A DNA stretch of 64,000 nt from Synechococcus sp. (lineage in GTDB: Bacteria; Cyanobacteriota; Cyanobacteriia; PCC-6307; Cyanobiaceae), in contig JBJBCN010000002.1 of NCBI GenBank assembly GCA_047285805.1, forward strand, positions 1,248,001-1,312,000, written 5' to 3'. The position numbers were made by a program, and so were the translations under genes. This document shows, piece by piece, positions 10,474 through 18,182 of this stretch (its first letter is position 1; each line of letters opens with the position of its first letter). The notes under the pieces are model-generated. The model saw nothing but the letters and a program-made list of their open reading frames with translations, made no database searches and was not told the DNA's origin.

Positions 10474-11439
10474 ATGAAAAAATCCATTGAATATAGTGAT
10501 CCACTAGAACTTTCTGAAGAGCTTGCAAAGCTTGGTCAGCTAACGAAAATAACGCAATTAGAAGGCGGCAGTGGTTTATATACCATGCAAGCAGCAAGTG
10601 CAAATAAAGTTGCCCTGGCGGAAATATCTGCAAACAAGACATTATTGTACGAAGGGTGGGGCAATGGGATAACTATTGATTTCAATTGGATTACACCGAA
10701 AGAAAGTAATCAAGTCACCTTTGGTTTTTGTGATGGATTTCAGATGACCAAGAATAGTCTGGCTGGGTTTGGCACCATTAATTCAGTGCCAGGTAATGCA
10801 TGGGGAAAATATGGCAGTGAATGCTCGAGTACTGGTTGCATGATTGAAAAGAAGTTCCTACTTGAATTATTAGAGAGTTGCAAAGCATATGATGGACTCG
10901 AACGACTCACTGGTGATCAAGGTCTTCATTGTAATAATAAAGCTCTAAACCAGCTTAAGCAATTATCTGCGAGAGAAGTATCGTCAGGTATTCGGGACCC
11001 ACAAAAGTATTTTGATCTGGTGATCGCATGCCTTGAAGAACCAATGAATGAGCAAAGTGGTCAGGAAAAAAGACACGTCGATGAATTGAGAGAAATTATA
11101 AATCTTGCACACAGCGAAAGCGCAAGGGAATCCCCTCTATCGTTATCAGAAGTATGCCGATATATAAATACAAGCCAAGCATCTTTGTATCGGATATGTC
11201 AGGAATACTTTGGCATGGGAATTATAGAATTGATGACACATATTAGACTAGAAGAATCCAGGAGAATCATGCTCAACCAAGAAGCGCGTCAAAAACTAAG
11301 GTTGCATTCGATTCGAGATATTGCGATTAGATATGGATTCAGACATCAAGGAAGATATGCAAGGCGCTATTATACTGCATTTGGAGAACTTCCCAGTCAA
11401 ACAATAGAAAGGTCGAGAAGATATAGATTACCAATATAG
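10474..11439 (+). CDS. fciB: AraC-family chromatic acclimation regulator FciB
   Basis: AraC HTH (LSLSEVCRYIN..SIRDIAIRYGFRHQGRYARRY..FGELPSQT); 3 bp after fciA. Confidence 0.87.
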   Translation: MKKSIEYSDPLELSEELAKLGQLTKITQLEGGSGLYTMQAASANKVALAEISANKTLLYEGWGNGITIDFNWITPKESNQVTFGFCDGFQMTKNSLAGFGTINSVPGNAWGKYGSECSSTGCMIEKKFLLELLESCKAYDGLERLTGDQGLHCNNKALNQLKQLSAREVSSGIRDPQKYFDLVIACLEEPMNEQSGQEKRHVDELREIINLAHSESARESPLSLSEVCRYINTSQASLYRICQEYFGMGIIELMTHIRLEESRRIMLNQEARQKLRLHSIRDIAIRYGFRHQGRYARRYYTAFGELPSQTIERSRRYRLPI

Positions 11440-11464
11440 GTGCCTTGCAGCCAGAGAGAATGTT

Positions 11465-12658
11465 CTACAGCTCACGTAAGACTTCCGCGCATGTCCATCG
11501 CAGTGGCTCCCACGTGGATTTTAAAAGTAGTTGTTCAATATCACTACGACATTCCATTAGACCTAGAGTTAAACATCCCCAAGTCGCAGCTATTTTTGAT
11601 TTTGCATACTGCGGAGCTGGCTCCAATAATGATTCCTTTATTATGAAAGATAGTTCTTTTAAGCCGAGTTGAGACACCAAGCAATTTACCTGATAGTGAA
11701 TACCATAATCAGAGCCATGATTTTCCCAAATAGACTTGATTGCATCAGTAACAGTTGAAGCCGGCCAACTCAATAAGGTCTTTGCAGCAAAGTACTGGCG
11801 CTCTTCATCTCTATGCTTGAGGAGATCGCAAACTTTTTCTAAATCAAGTGATGCATCATATGTCTGCATAAAACATAGATTCCGAGAATCGTCCCGCAAA
11901 ATTTGATTGATTAATATTCTTTGGGATTTAGTTTTAATTTTAGGAGTAATCTTGAACGCACTTTTAGCTCTCAACGGCATTGACACCGCTGCTTTCGAAA
12001 GACTTGACAACAGAGAAGGATCTCCAGCATCACCAATATCAATGACGGACGAACGTCTATTTATGACATTCAAATCTTTGAGATGATTTTGAAGGATATG
12101 CAATTTATCCTGGCAGTCTTCAACCCTTATTGAATAAGCTATTGATGCGCCATTAACCAAAATATTTGGATTGCTCTCTTGCTCGTGAATGATGCCAGTA
12201 CACTCATGCAACTCCAAACGAGTGAAGCATTGAATGGCGACACGCTTGAGTGCATCGGAGCCATTTTGAATAATGTTCAAAAGAGATGATTTAAACTGAG
12301 CGTCAAGTGGTATACCAAATTTAATTAGCGTGTCCACAGAATTAACAATCGTCTGCTCGTCACTACTATGCATAGCTTCATAAATGGTTGGCAGAGTACT
12401 AAGGTCGCGACGACGCCCTAGCGCTTCAATAGATTTACGACGTGTAATGGAATCGTAGATATTATTTCTATCCCCGGTAGCCGCTACAACTAATGCATCC
12501 AGAGAATCTCGTGAAGAACAAGCTCCCAACCGTGTTGCAGCTATATATTTGATGCCAGGATTATCAAGAGTATTAATGTTTTGTGAAAGCATCTCAATTG
12601 CTTGCTGTTCACTCATCCATGAGAAAAGATTATCAAATCGTTGTGAACTTGGCACCAT
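11465..12658 (-). CDS. mpeW: MpeQWYZ-family phycoerythrin-II phycobilin lyase, MpeW-type
   Basis: RFDNLF, KYIAATRLG, ITRRK..ALGRR, RRSSVIDIGDAG, HRDE.RQY; residues Y318-G319-I320, Q323, A352-K353 fit the non-isomerising type as I recall it; CA4 island context. Confidence 0.8.
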   Translation of the reverse strand: MVPSSQRFDNLFSWMSEQQAIEMLSQNINTLDNPGIKYIAATRLGACSSRDSLDALVVAATGDRNNIYDSITRRKSIEALGRRRDLSTLPTIYEAMHSSDEQTIVNSVDTLIKFGIPLDAQFKSSLLNIIQNGSDALKRVAIQCFTRLELHECTGIIHEQESNPNILVNGASIAYSIRVEDCQDKLHILQNHLKDLNVINRRSSVIDIGDAGDPSLLSSLSKAAVSMPLRAKSAFKITPKIKTKSQRILINQILRDDSRNLCFMQTYDASLDLEKVCDLLKHRDEERQYFAAKTLLSWPASTVTDAIKSIWENHGSDYGIHYQVNCLVSQLGLKELSFIIKESLLEPAPQYAKSKIAATWGCLTLGLMECRSDIEQLLLKSTWEPLRWTCAEVLREL

Positions 12659-12961
12659 GCAACATGCGTATATTCAATATTTAACAGAAAAATCAATTGA
12701 CAAGTCCAATCTGGTAAGAAGTGACCCGCGCGACGGGCAGATTGATAATTAGCGGACATAGACTTTAAGAAGAATAAACCAACATATTCGGCAAGCACAG
12801 CGGGAGCAAGTTGCCTCCGTATTCAAATCACTGTGCAACTAGTAATCGTATAACTAGATACGGCTGAACTATTTATCAAGGACAAGACCTTTTACGAAAA
12901 AGCTACATTTGACATTAAGATTGCTAACAGGGTGCTGAGCTGTCGATAGGCAAAAACAACC

Positions 12962-12999
12962 CTGATAAGAAATGGACACTTGCTGATAAGATGTGGATA
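12962..12999 (+). promoter_or_regulatory. Tandem 17-bp direct repeat with 21-bp period upstream of unk10
   Basis: CTGATAAGAAATGGACA (12962-12978) and CTGATAAGATGTGGATA (12983-12999). Confidence 0.6.
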
Positions 13000-13014
13000 T
13001 TCCGCTGATGCATC

Positions 13015-13359
13015 ATGTCGCGCGCTGAGTTTATCCGCTTTCTTCAGGTTCTAGAAGAAGACTTGTCATTCAGATCTCTTTTCAAAGAAGCTGAGCCCGA
13101 GGAGATCCTGAAGCTCGCTGATCAACATGGATTTATCTTTTCCGATGAAATAAAAGGGCGTTTTCTTAATCGATGGGCAGGGGTTTACTTCTGCCCATTT
13201 GCCAATGATGTTGGGAGGCTATGCCCCAAGATGGTGCCCGAAGGATTTAGCACTCTCCTCCACTATTCACAGACGACATGCGCAAAAGACGACAAAGTAG
13301 AACGTTTTGAATTCCGGGCTGGAGGCTATTACAAAGGAGTAGAAACTGTAGCTCGATGA
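13015..13359 (+). CDS. unk10: Nif11-like domain protein Unk10 of CA4 islands
   Basis: N-terminal Nif11-like segment (MSRAEFIRFL..EEILKLADQHGFIFS); divergent from the lyase gene in a CA4 context. Confidence 0.75.
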   Translation: MSRAEFIRFLQVLEEDLSFRSLFKEAEPEEILKLADQHGFIFSDEIKGRFLNRWAGVYFCPFANDVGRLCPKMVPEGFSTLLHYSQTTCAKDDKVERFEFRAGGYYKGVETVAR

Positions 13360-13368
13360 AGGAAACAA

Positions 13369-13548
13369 ATGAAATCAAGAAGCATCTGCTTATCCATCAG
13401 CAAACGCAACCAAGACATGGTGGATGTAATCGACGAATATGCGGACATGCTTGGTATGTCAAAGGCATGTGCCGTGTTCCACATCATCAAGGACTACAAC
13501 CGACTCAAACTCAAAGAACGCATCAGAGAACTGGAAGGTGTCTCATGA
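13369..13548 (+). CDS. 59-aa ribbon-helix-helix protein, FciC-like (not in ORF track)
   Basis: MKSRSICLSISKRNQDMVDVIDEYADMLGMSKACAVFHIIKDYNRLKLKERIRELEGVS; alternating beta-strand, helix-GMSK-helix; AAGGA upstream; 9 bp after the unk10 stop. Confidence 0.7.
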   Translation: MKSRSICLSISKRNQDMVDVIDEYADMLGMSKACAVFHIIKDYNRLKLKERIRELEGVS

Positions 13549-13977
13549 GGCAGTTTCCTTGTTACTTGCAGAGGCAATGACAGAAGTATTCTCGGCAATC
13601 TTAATAATGGCAATCATGGACTCAAGAATAAACCGAGACACAAGCACAACTGCAATTGGAATAAAGATAAGACCAAGAACGCCTAGGAGTTCGGAATATC
13701 CAGAATATGGTTGAGCAATAATCAAAGCAAAAGGAAAACAAATCACCCCCATCACCACAAGGGAGACAGCAAACATTATTAAAAGGAAATAAATTGCGCT
13801 GACAAACTTCCTTAGAACAAAGAAGTTAAATCTAATATCAGTAAATAGTATCAAGAAAAGACCCTTAAATCCAGAGGGAATCGATACAGGAGAAGGACGC
13901 TTATAGGATGCGATTGTGGTCCAAATGGCAACCACAATTCCAACTATACAAGCAATGATTGCAATGCCTTCACTCAC
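13543..13977 (-). CDS. Membrane protein, DUF4282-like
   Basis: F.D..F..F, TM helices and C-terminal RFILE....IKIAENT pattern. Confidence 0.65.
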   Translation of the reverse strand: MSEGIAIIACIVGIVVAIWTTIASYKRPSPVSIPSGFKGLFLILFTDIRFNFFVLRKFVSAIYFLLIMFAVSLVVMGVICFPFALIIAQPYSGYSELLGVLGLIFIPIAVVLVSRFILESMIAIIKIAENTSVIASASNKETAS

Positions 13978-14148
13978 AGTTAGTGAATCAAACTCTCTAG
14001 GAACCTAGGAACAAGACTGCTAGGGGGAAAAATACTACAGATTCTTGTAACAAGCAGATTAAGAAATCAATACTAAATCCTAATGAATGAATTTTTTAAT
14101 TCAAACGAAAGCACCAAGAACTCTTATATATCCGTGAAATTAAACCAT

Positions 14149-14481
14149 TTAAGGTGACGATGACCTAGCATACTTAACAAATACGATAAAGCGCAAACCA
14201 GTAATTAGAGCAGACCTTACTTTACTACTATCTAATCTCTTAATAGTGACCATAGAAGACAGAAAGAGTGCTACTAAAGATATTGAAGCGCAAACTCTAT
14301 TCGTTAAGAGGAATGGTTCTCCTTGAATCGCCGCCGAAACAGATTGAAAAGGAACCCCCCACACCAAAAAGTGAGTCACTAGCATCAATAATGGACATAA
14401 AGTCAAAAGGATTAAAGAAAAGTTTTGCATTTTAGTCGTCAAATCTTCCATAATTTTAGAAAATAGCACTTCGCATGTCAA
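14149..14481 (-). CDS. Hypothetical membrane protein (paralog of 14590-14937)
   Basis: Hydrophobic; shares KMQN and VAL.LSS.VT..RLDS.K.RSAL.T with its neighbour. Confidence 0.55.
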   Translation of the reverse strand: MTCEVLFSKIMEDLTTKMQNFSLILLTLCPLLMLVTHFLVWGVPFQSVSAAIQGEPFLLTNRVCASISLVALFLSSMVTIKRLDSSKVRSALITGLRFIVFVKYARSSSP

Positions 14482-14589
14482 GTCTATTAATTAGGTGAAA
14501 TTAGTATTCCAAAAAACGCATCAATAGTCCGAATAATTCCTGAGTTCAAATCCAATACAAAACAAGAGAAATCAAGATAATAAAGAGAT

Positions 14590-14937
14590 TTACCAATTCG
14601 CTAACGGATTAGAACTCACCTTCAAATAAAAGACAAAGTTTGCAGCACAATAAGCAGTTAGTAGAGCGGACCTTATCTTTTCACTATCCAATCTATTGAC
14701 AGTTACTATAGAAGACAATACAAGTGCCACAAAAGACATCAAGGTGATGATATAATTTGACAAGTTCATTAGTTCGATTACTTTATTGGCAACAAAAGAA
14801 TCAGGATAATGGATAATTGCGCTCCATATCACATTGTAAGAAAGTATCGTGAAAAGCACTTGAGCAATCAAAATCGCAAGCGCGCAATTTTGCATTTTCT
14901 TGCCATGATTAAGGAAATCGTACCAAATGAAATTCAC
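14590..14937 (-). CDS. Hypothetical membrane protein (paralog of 14149-14481)
   Basis: Three hydrophobic segments; motif shared with the adjacent ORF. Confidence 0.6.
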   Translation of the reverse strand: MNFIWYDFLNHGKKMQNCALAILIAQVLFTILSYNVIWSAIIHYPDSFVANKVIELMNLSNYIITLMSFVALVLSSIVTVNRLDSEKIRSALLTAYCAANFVFYLKVSSNPLANW

Positions 14938-15006
14938 GTGTCAATGCTTGCCGTTCTTGTTTAAATAAACGCAGGCACAAACAAACTAAAATATTGGGGG
15001 TGCAAT

Positions 15007-15144
15007 ATGAACGGGATATTTGATTCAGTAGAGATGAAGATGCTGGAAGAACTTTCTAAGAGAGGTGCTGTTGTCGGAAAGAAGTATTCCGATAAAAAGA
15101 AGTATCTGAAAGAACTGGTCCGTCGTCTTTACCTGAACCTCTGA
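15007..15144 (+). CDS. Small basic hypothetical protein, 45 aa (not in ORF track)
   Basis: MNGIFDSVEMKMLEELSKRGAVVGKKYSDKKKYLKELVRRLYLNL; helical and protein-like. Confidence 0.5.
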   Translation: MNGIFDSVEMKMLEELSKRGAVVGKKYSDKKKYLKELVRRLYLNL

Positions 15145-15267
15145 TTCGTTCGTGAATCACCAGTTGGTTATACGAAAATCGGTTTTTATATGAGACCCAA
15201 AGTCCAATCTATATGCGGCACCTTTCGGTCAAGCAATATCAAAATCAACTTTCCGATTACAGGTCTC

Positions 15268-15304
15268 AAAAAAAATCCCCGCAGGAAAACTGGTTCCTGT
15301 GGGG
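15268..15304 (-). terminator. Intrinsic terminator, minus strand
   Basis: CCCCACAGGAA/TTCCTGCGGGG stem (one mismatch) followed by A and T8. Confidence 0.6.
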
Positions 15305-15361
15305 TCGAATACATAGAAGATGAGGGTCGAACAACGGACAACCCTTACCTTCTCAGTGAAT

Positions 15362-15395
15362 AACAGCAGGAGTTGCTGCCCTGCTGTTTTTTTTT
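15362..15395 (+). terminator. Intrinsic terminator, plus strand (possibly bidirectional)
   Basis: AACAGCAGG/CCTGCTGTT stem running into a T tract. Confidence 0.65.
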
Positions 15396-15405
15396 GGGTC
15401 AGAAC

Positions 15406-16026
15406 TCAACCGAAACCCACACCAGAGGTTTCTGTGGTCTCCTCTTCTTGCTGTCCAAAACGGAAAGCATTTAGTTCGTCCTTGCGTCGTCTCCAACCAT
15501 GTAGGAGAGCAACTCGTTCATTCGGATAGTGCTCCAGTGATTTCTCACGGGTCTGAAGTTCGAGAAGACACTTTTCCTTTGACTGCTTCCGAAGTTCGTC
15601 CTTGCGTTGTTGGACTCGGACTTTCCACTCGTCAGTGGTTTCATCTCCCTTCTTCGTGAGGGAGGGAGCAGGAGACGGACCACCTTCCTCTCCTAACCAT
15701 TCATACCCGTCATAACGATGACCAAACTGCTTAGCAGCAAGTGTGATTGTGTCGTCTTCCCACTGCTGGGTTTCTTCGTTCCAGACCTGATAAAGTTCTT
15801 CCAACTTTTTCATAGGTGTAATACGAAGACGACTGAATATAGGAACACACTTCTCTTGGTCTTCGTCGTAAATAAACGGAAGGTGATAAGCAATAAAGTC
15901 CTGAATCTCCTCTAAGGTCATATATGGAGAACGAACCCAACGAATATCCATATGGTCGGAGTAGTCAAGGAAGTAATACTCCTTGTTGGGGTCAAAGGTT
16001 GTTTCACCAGAAATAAGTTGAGACAT
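15406..16026 (-). CDS. Hypothetical protein of the integrase module
   Basis: 206-aa ORF co-oriented with alpA and the integrase; GGAGG RBS upstream. Confidence 0.75.
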   Translation of the reverse strand: MSQLISGETTFDPNKEYYFLDYSDHMDIRWVRSPYMTLEEIQDFIAYHLPFIYDEDQEKCVPIFSRLRITPMKKLEELYQVWNEETQQWEDDTITLAAKQFGHRYDGYEWLGEEGGPSPAPSLTKKGDETTDEWKVRVQQRKDELRKQSKEKCLLELQTREKSLEHYPNERVALLHGWRRRKDELNAFRFGQQEEETTETSGVGFG

Positions 16027-16119
16027 AAGGATTCCTCCTATAAAGTGAATGAAAATATGTTTGTTCTCGGTGTTCTCTCACCGATAGGGTTTTGAGTCAG
16101 TTTATTGACTATCGATTAC

Positions 16120-16311
16120 TCAACCAAGAGCAGCACATACCTTTTGAGCACACCAATCTTCGACCTGGGACTTCACCCAGACGACAGAACGAGCGCCCAA
16201 AGGAACTTGCTTTGGAAAATCTCCCTGCTCCATTAGTCGGTAAATGGAGGATTTAGAGAGACAAGTAATTTCTTTGACATGTTTCAGTCGCAGAAAATGT
16301 GAATGGACCAT
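16120..16311 (-). CDS. AlpA-family regulator / excisionase
   Basis: FLRLKHVKEITCLSKSSIYRLM..G.FPKQVPLGARSVVW. Confidence 0.9.
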   Translation of the reverse strand: MVHSHFLRLKHVKEITCLSKSSIYRLMEQGDFPKQVPLGARSVVWVKSQVEDWCAQKVCAALG

Positions 16312-16580
16312 GTGTTTGCGTGTTTCATAAGGTTTATTGATTACAACAATCTCGGAGTTAGATTAGTCAGGTAGGGGGCGTCTGACTTAGAAGACCCTTA
16401 TCGGGTTAGTGATTATTTGATTTTGAGGCAGTCGGTCGGTTTGCTCTGTTCGTTTATCTTGACTACTATAACCCTGGGGACTCGACCCGTCGGTTCCCAG
16501 TGGACACTTTGAGCAACTAACCTTCCATTCATACCAGAAGGTCTCACGAAGTCCTACTAACTCAAATACACCTCAAATCG

Positions 16581-17876
16581 TCAGACCTTCATGCCCTGAG
16601 CAAGCAAGGCATCACACCAAGCAACCATGAACAATCTTCGTTCTTTTAGGAAGTCATGTCGGTCATATATGCCCTGAATCCGGTCCTTCACCTTCCATCC
16701 TTGTTGGAGTCGAATGACCTTCTCATCGAATCCCAGTTCCTTCTGCCCATAGGTCAGAACACAAGTCCGAACTCCATGCCCCACGAAGTCCCCCTTGTAT
16801 CCGAGGTCGATGAAGTGGTTGTTGATGGATGACGGGTTGATGTGCCTGGACTGAGTGCGAGGAGAGGCAAAGACGAACTCGGTTCCTCCATTCACCTTCT
16901 CCATCTCCCAGAGCAGGTCCTTGATGGGTTGAGTCAGAGGCACCAGGTGGTTCTTCTCTCCGTCATCCCAGGTCTTCATACGGGTCGCAGGAACCTTCCA
17001 GAGTTCCTCTTCCATATCAACCTCCTCCCACTTCATCCCTGAAATCGCACCTACCCGCAGACCAGTCATGAAGGTCAGCAAGCAAGCACCACGGGTTGAG
17101 AACTGACCATTCGGTTCGTTGCGGTCGAACACCTCAAAGAACTCAGGGAGTTGTTCCCAGAAGGGGAACGGATGGTGCTGGACCTGATGGGTCTTCTTGT
17201 CCTTGGGACTGAACACCGAACGCATCAACGGGTTCTGTCCGTCCCTTATCCATCCCTTATTGACCGCATTCTCAAAGACCCCTTTCAGGACCATCTGCTG
17301 TTTGCTTGCTGAGGAGGGTGCCTTCTTCCTGACTCTCCCCAGGTATTCGGTCATTAGTTCCCGAGTGGTCTTCCCACCTGGGTGCCTGTATTCCCAGGAG
17401 AAGTGCTCCACGGGTGTCTTCGCACCGAACTCAGGCAGAACCTGATTCCAGAGGAGGTTCCTGTATTCCCTCTTCCCCCTCTCGTTTGCCGAGGTCCAGT
17501 CAGAGAGAAAGGACTCACATGCCTGTTCCAGGGTTGGAGAGGTCGTCTTCTGAACCAGGAGTGCCTGCTGCTCTCTCTTTCTCTCCCTGGGGTCTTTGCC
17601 GTTCTCTCTGCTCCATGTCCTGATTGCGGACCATTCCTCCTTTGCCTCTCTCAGAGACCACTTCCCAGTTCCCTTCCCATAAGGACCTATTCGGACCTCA
17701 ATCCACTTCCCTCCGTTGCTGGGACTACGGGGAGGGAACCGAGTGATGCCGATAAAGGACTTCCCACCCCCCTTGCTGATTGGTTCGACGACCACATACA
17801 ACGAATCACCGCAACTCTTCTTCTGTCGTTTAGTCCCAGGGGGTAGAGCACGGACTTGGGAGTCAGTAAGAGGCAT
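16581..17876 (-). CDS. Tyrosine recombinase, P4-like integrase with N-terminal arm-binding domain
   Basis: MPLTDSQVRAL N-terminus; TGLR, RMK, HGVR, QGW, IY catalytic positions; adjacent to tRNA. Confidence 0.93.
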   Translation of the reverse strand: MPLTDSQVRALPPGTKRQKKSCGDSLYVVVEPISKGGGKSFIGITRFPPRSPSNGGKWIEVRIGPYGKGTGKWSLREAKEEWSAIRTWSRENGKDPRERKREQQALLVQKTTSPTLEQACESFLSDWTSANERGKREYRNLLWNQVLPEFGAKTPVEHFSWEYRHPGGKTTRELMTEYLGRVRKKAPSSASKQQMVLKGVFENAVNKGWIRDGQNPLMRSVFSPKDKKTHQVQHHPFPFWEQLPEFFEVFDRNEPNGQFSTRGACLLTFMTGLRVGAISGMKWEEVDMEEELWKVPATRMKTWDDGEKNHLVPLTQPIKDLLWEMEKVNGGTEFVFASPRTQSRHINPSSINNHFIDLGYKGDFVGHGVRTCVLTYGQKELGFDEKVIRLQQGWKVKDRIQGIYDRHDFLKERRLFMVAWCDALLAQGMKV

Positions 17877-17884
17877 TTCAGGAT

Positions 17885-17946
17885 TCCCCCAACACGGATA
17901 TTTTCCCCCAACACACCCCCTTTATCCCCCAACATTTCCCCCAACA
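17885..17946. repeat. Four copies of TCCCCCAACA between integrase and att (putative arm-type sites)
   Basis: Exact copies at 17885, 17904, 17925 and 17937. Confidence 0.7.
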
Positions 17947-18061
17947 CTTTTTCGGAAAACCCTGGTGTCTCATGGGACGAACCAGGACCATGAACCACTA
18001 AGAAAGTCCCTCACCGCAACGGGTTTGGGACATTCAGAGACCTTTCAGGACTTTTTCAGAA

Positions 18062-18146
18062 CGGAGAGGGTGGGATTCGAACCCACGGAAGGTTGCCCTT
18101 CAAACGATTTCGAGTCGTTCGCTTTCGACCACTCAGCCACCTCTCC
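18062..18146 (-). tRNA. tRNA-Ser(CGA)
   Basis: GGAGAGGTGGCTGAGTGGTCGAAAGCG-AACGA-CT-CGA-AA-TCGTT, long variable arm, GGTTCGAATCC, CCTCTCCG. Confidence 0.97.
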
Positions 18147-18182
18147 AGGCGACCCGGCCAGTGTACGGATCAAGCCGCCAGC

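Larger units (their letters stand above)
7609..18072. mobile_element. tRNA-Ser-integrated genomic island (tycheposon-like) carrying a type IV chromatic acclimation module
   Basis: 13-bp terminal direct repeat, tyrosine integrase next to the tRNA, two AlpA genes, AT-rich cargo. Confidence 0.85.

Noticed and set aside
11465..12658. Calling the lyase MpeZ (CA4-A) because an FciC-like gene is present
   Set aside because: G319, Q323 and A352 and the divergent arrangement with unk10 fit MpeW better; a tree is needed for certainty.
13015..13359. Nif11-type RiPP (prochlorosin-like) precursor linked to the T1SS
   Set aside because: No double-glycine cleavage site or modifying enzyme nearby; context matches CA4 Unk10.
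13356..13714. Track ORFs 13356-13580 and 13439-13714
   Set aside because: They overlap the better-supported 59-aa RHH frame and the minus-strand membrane gene.
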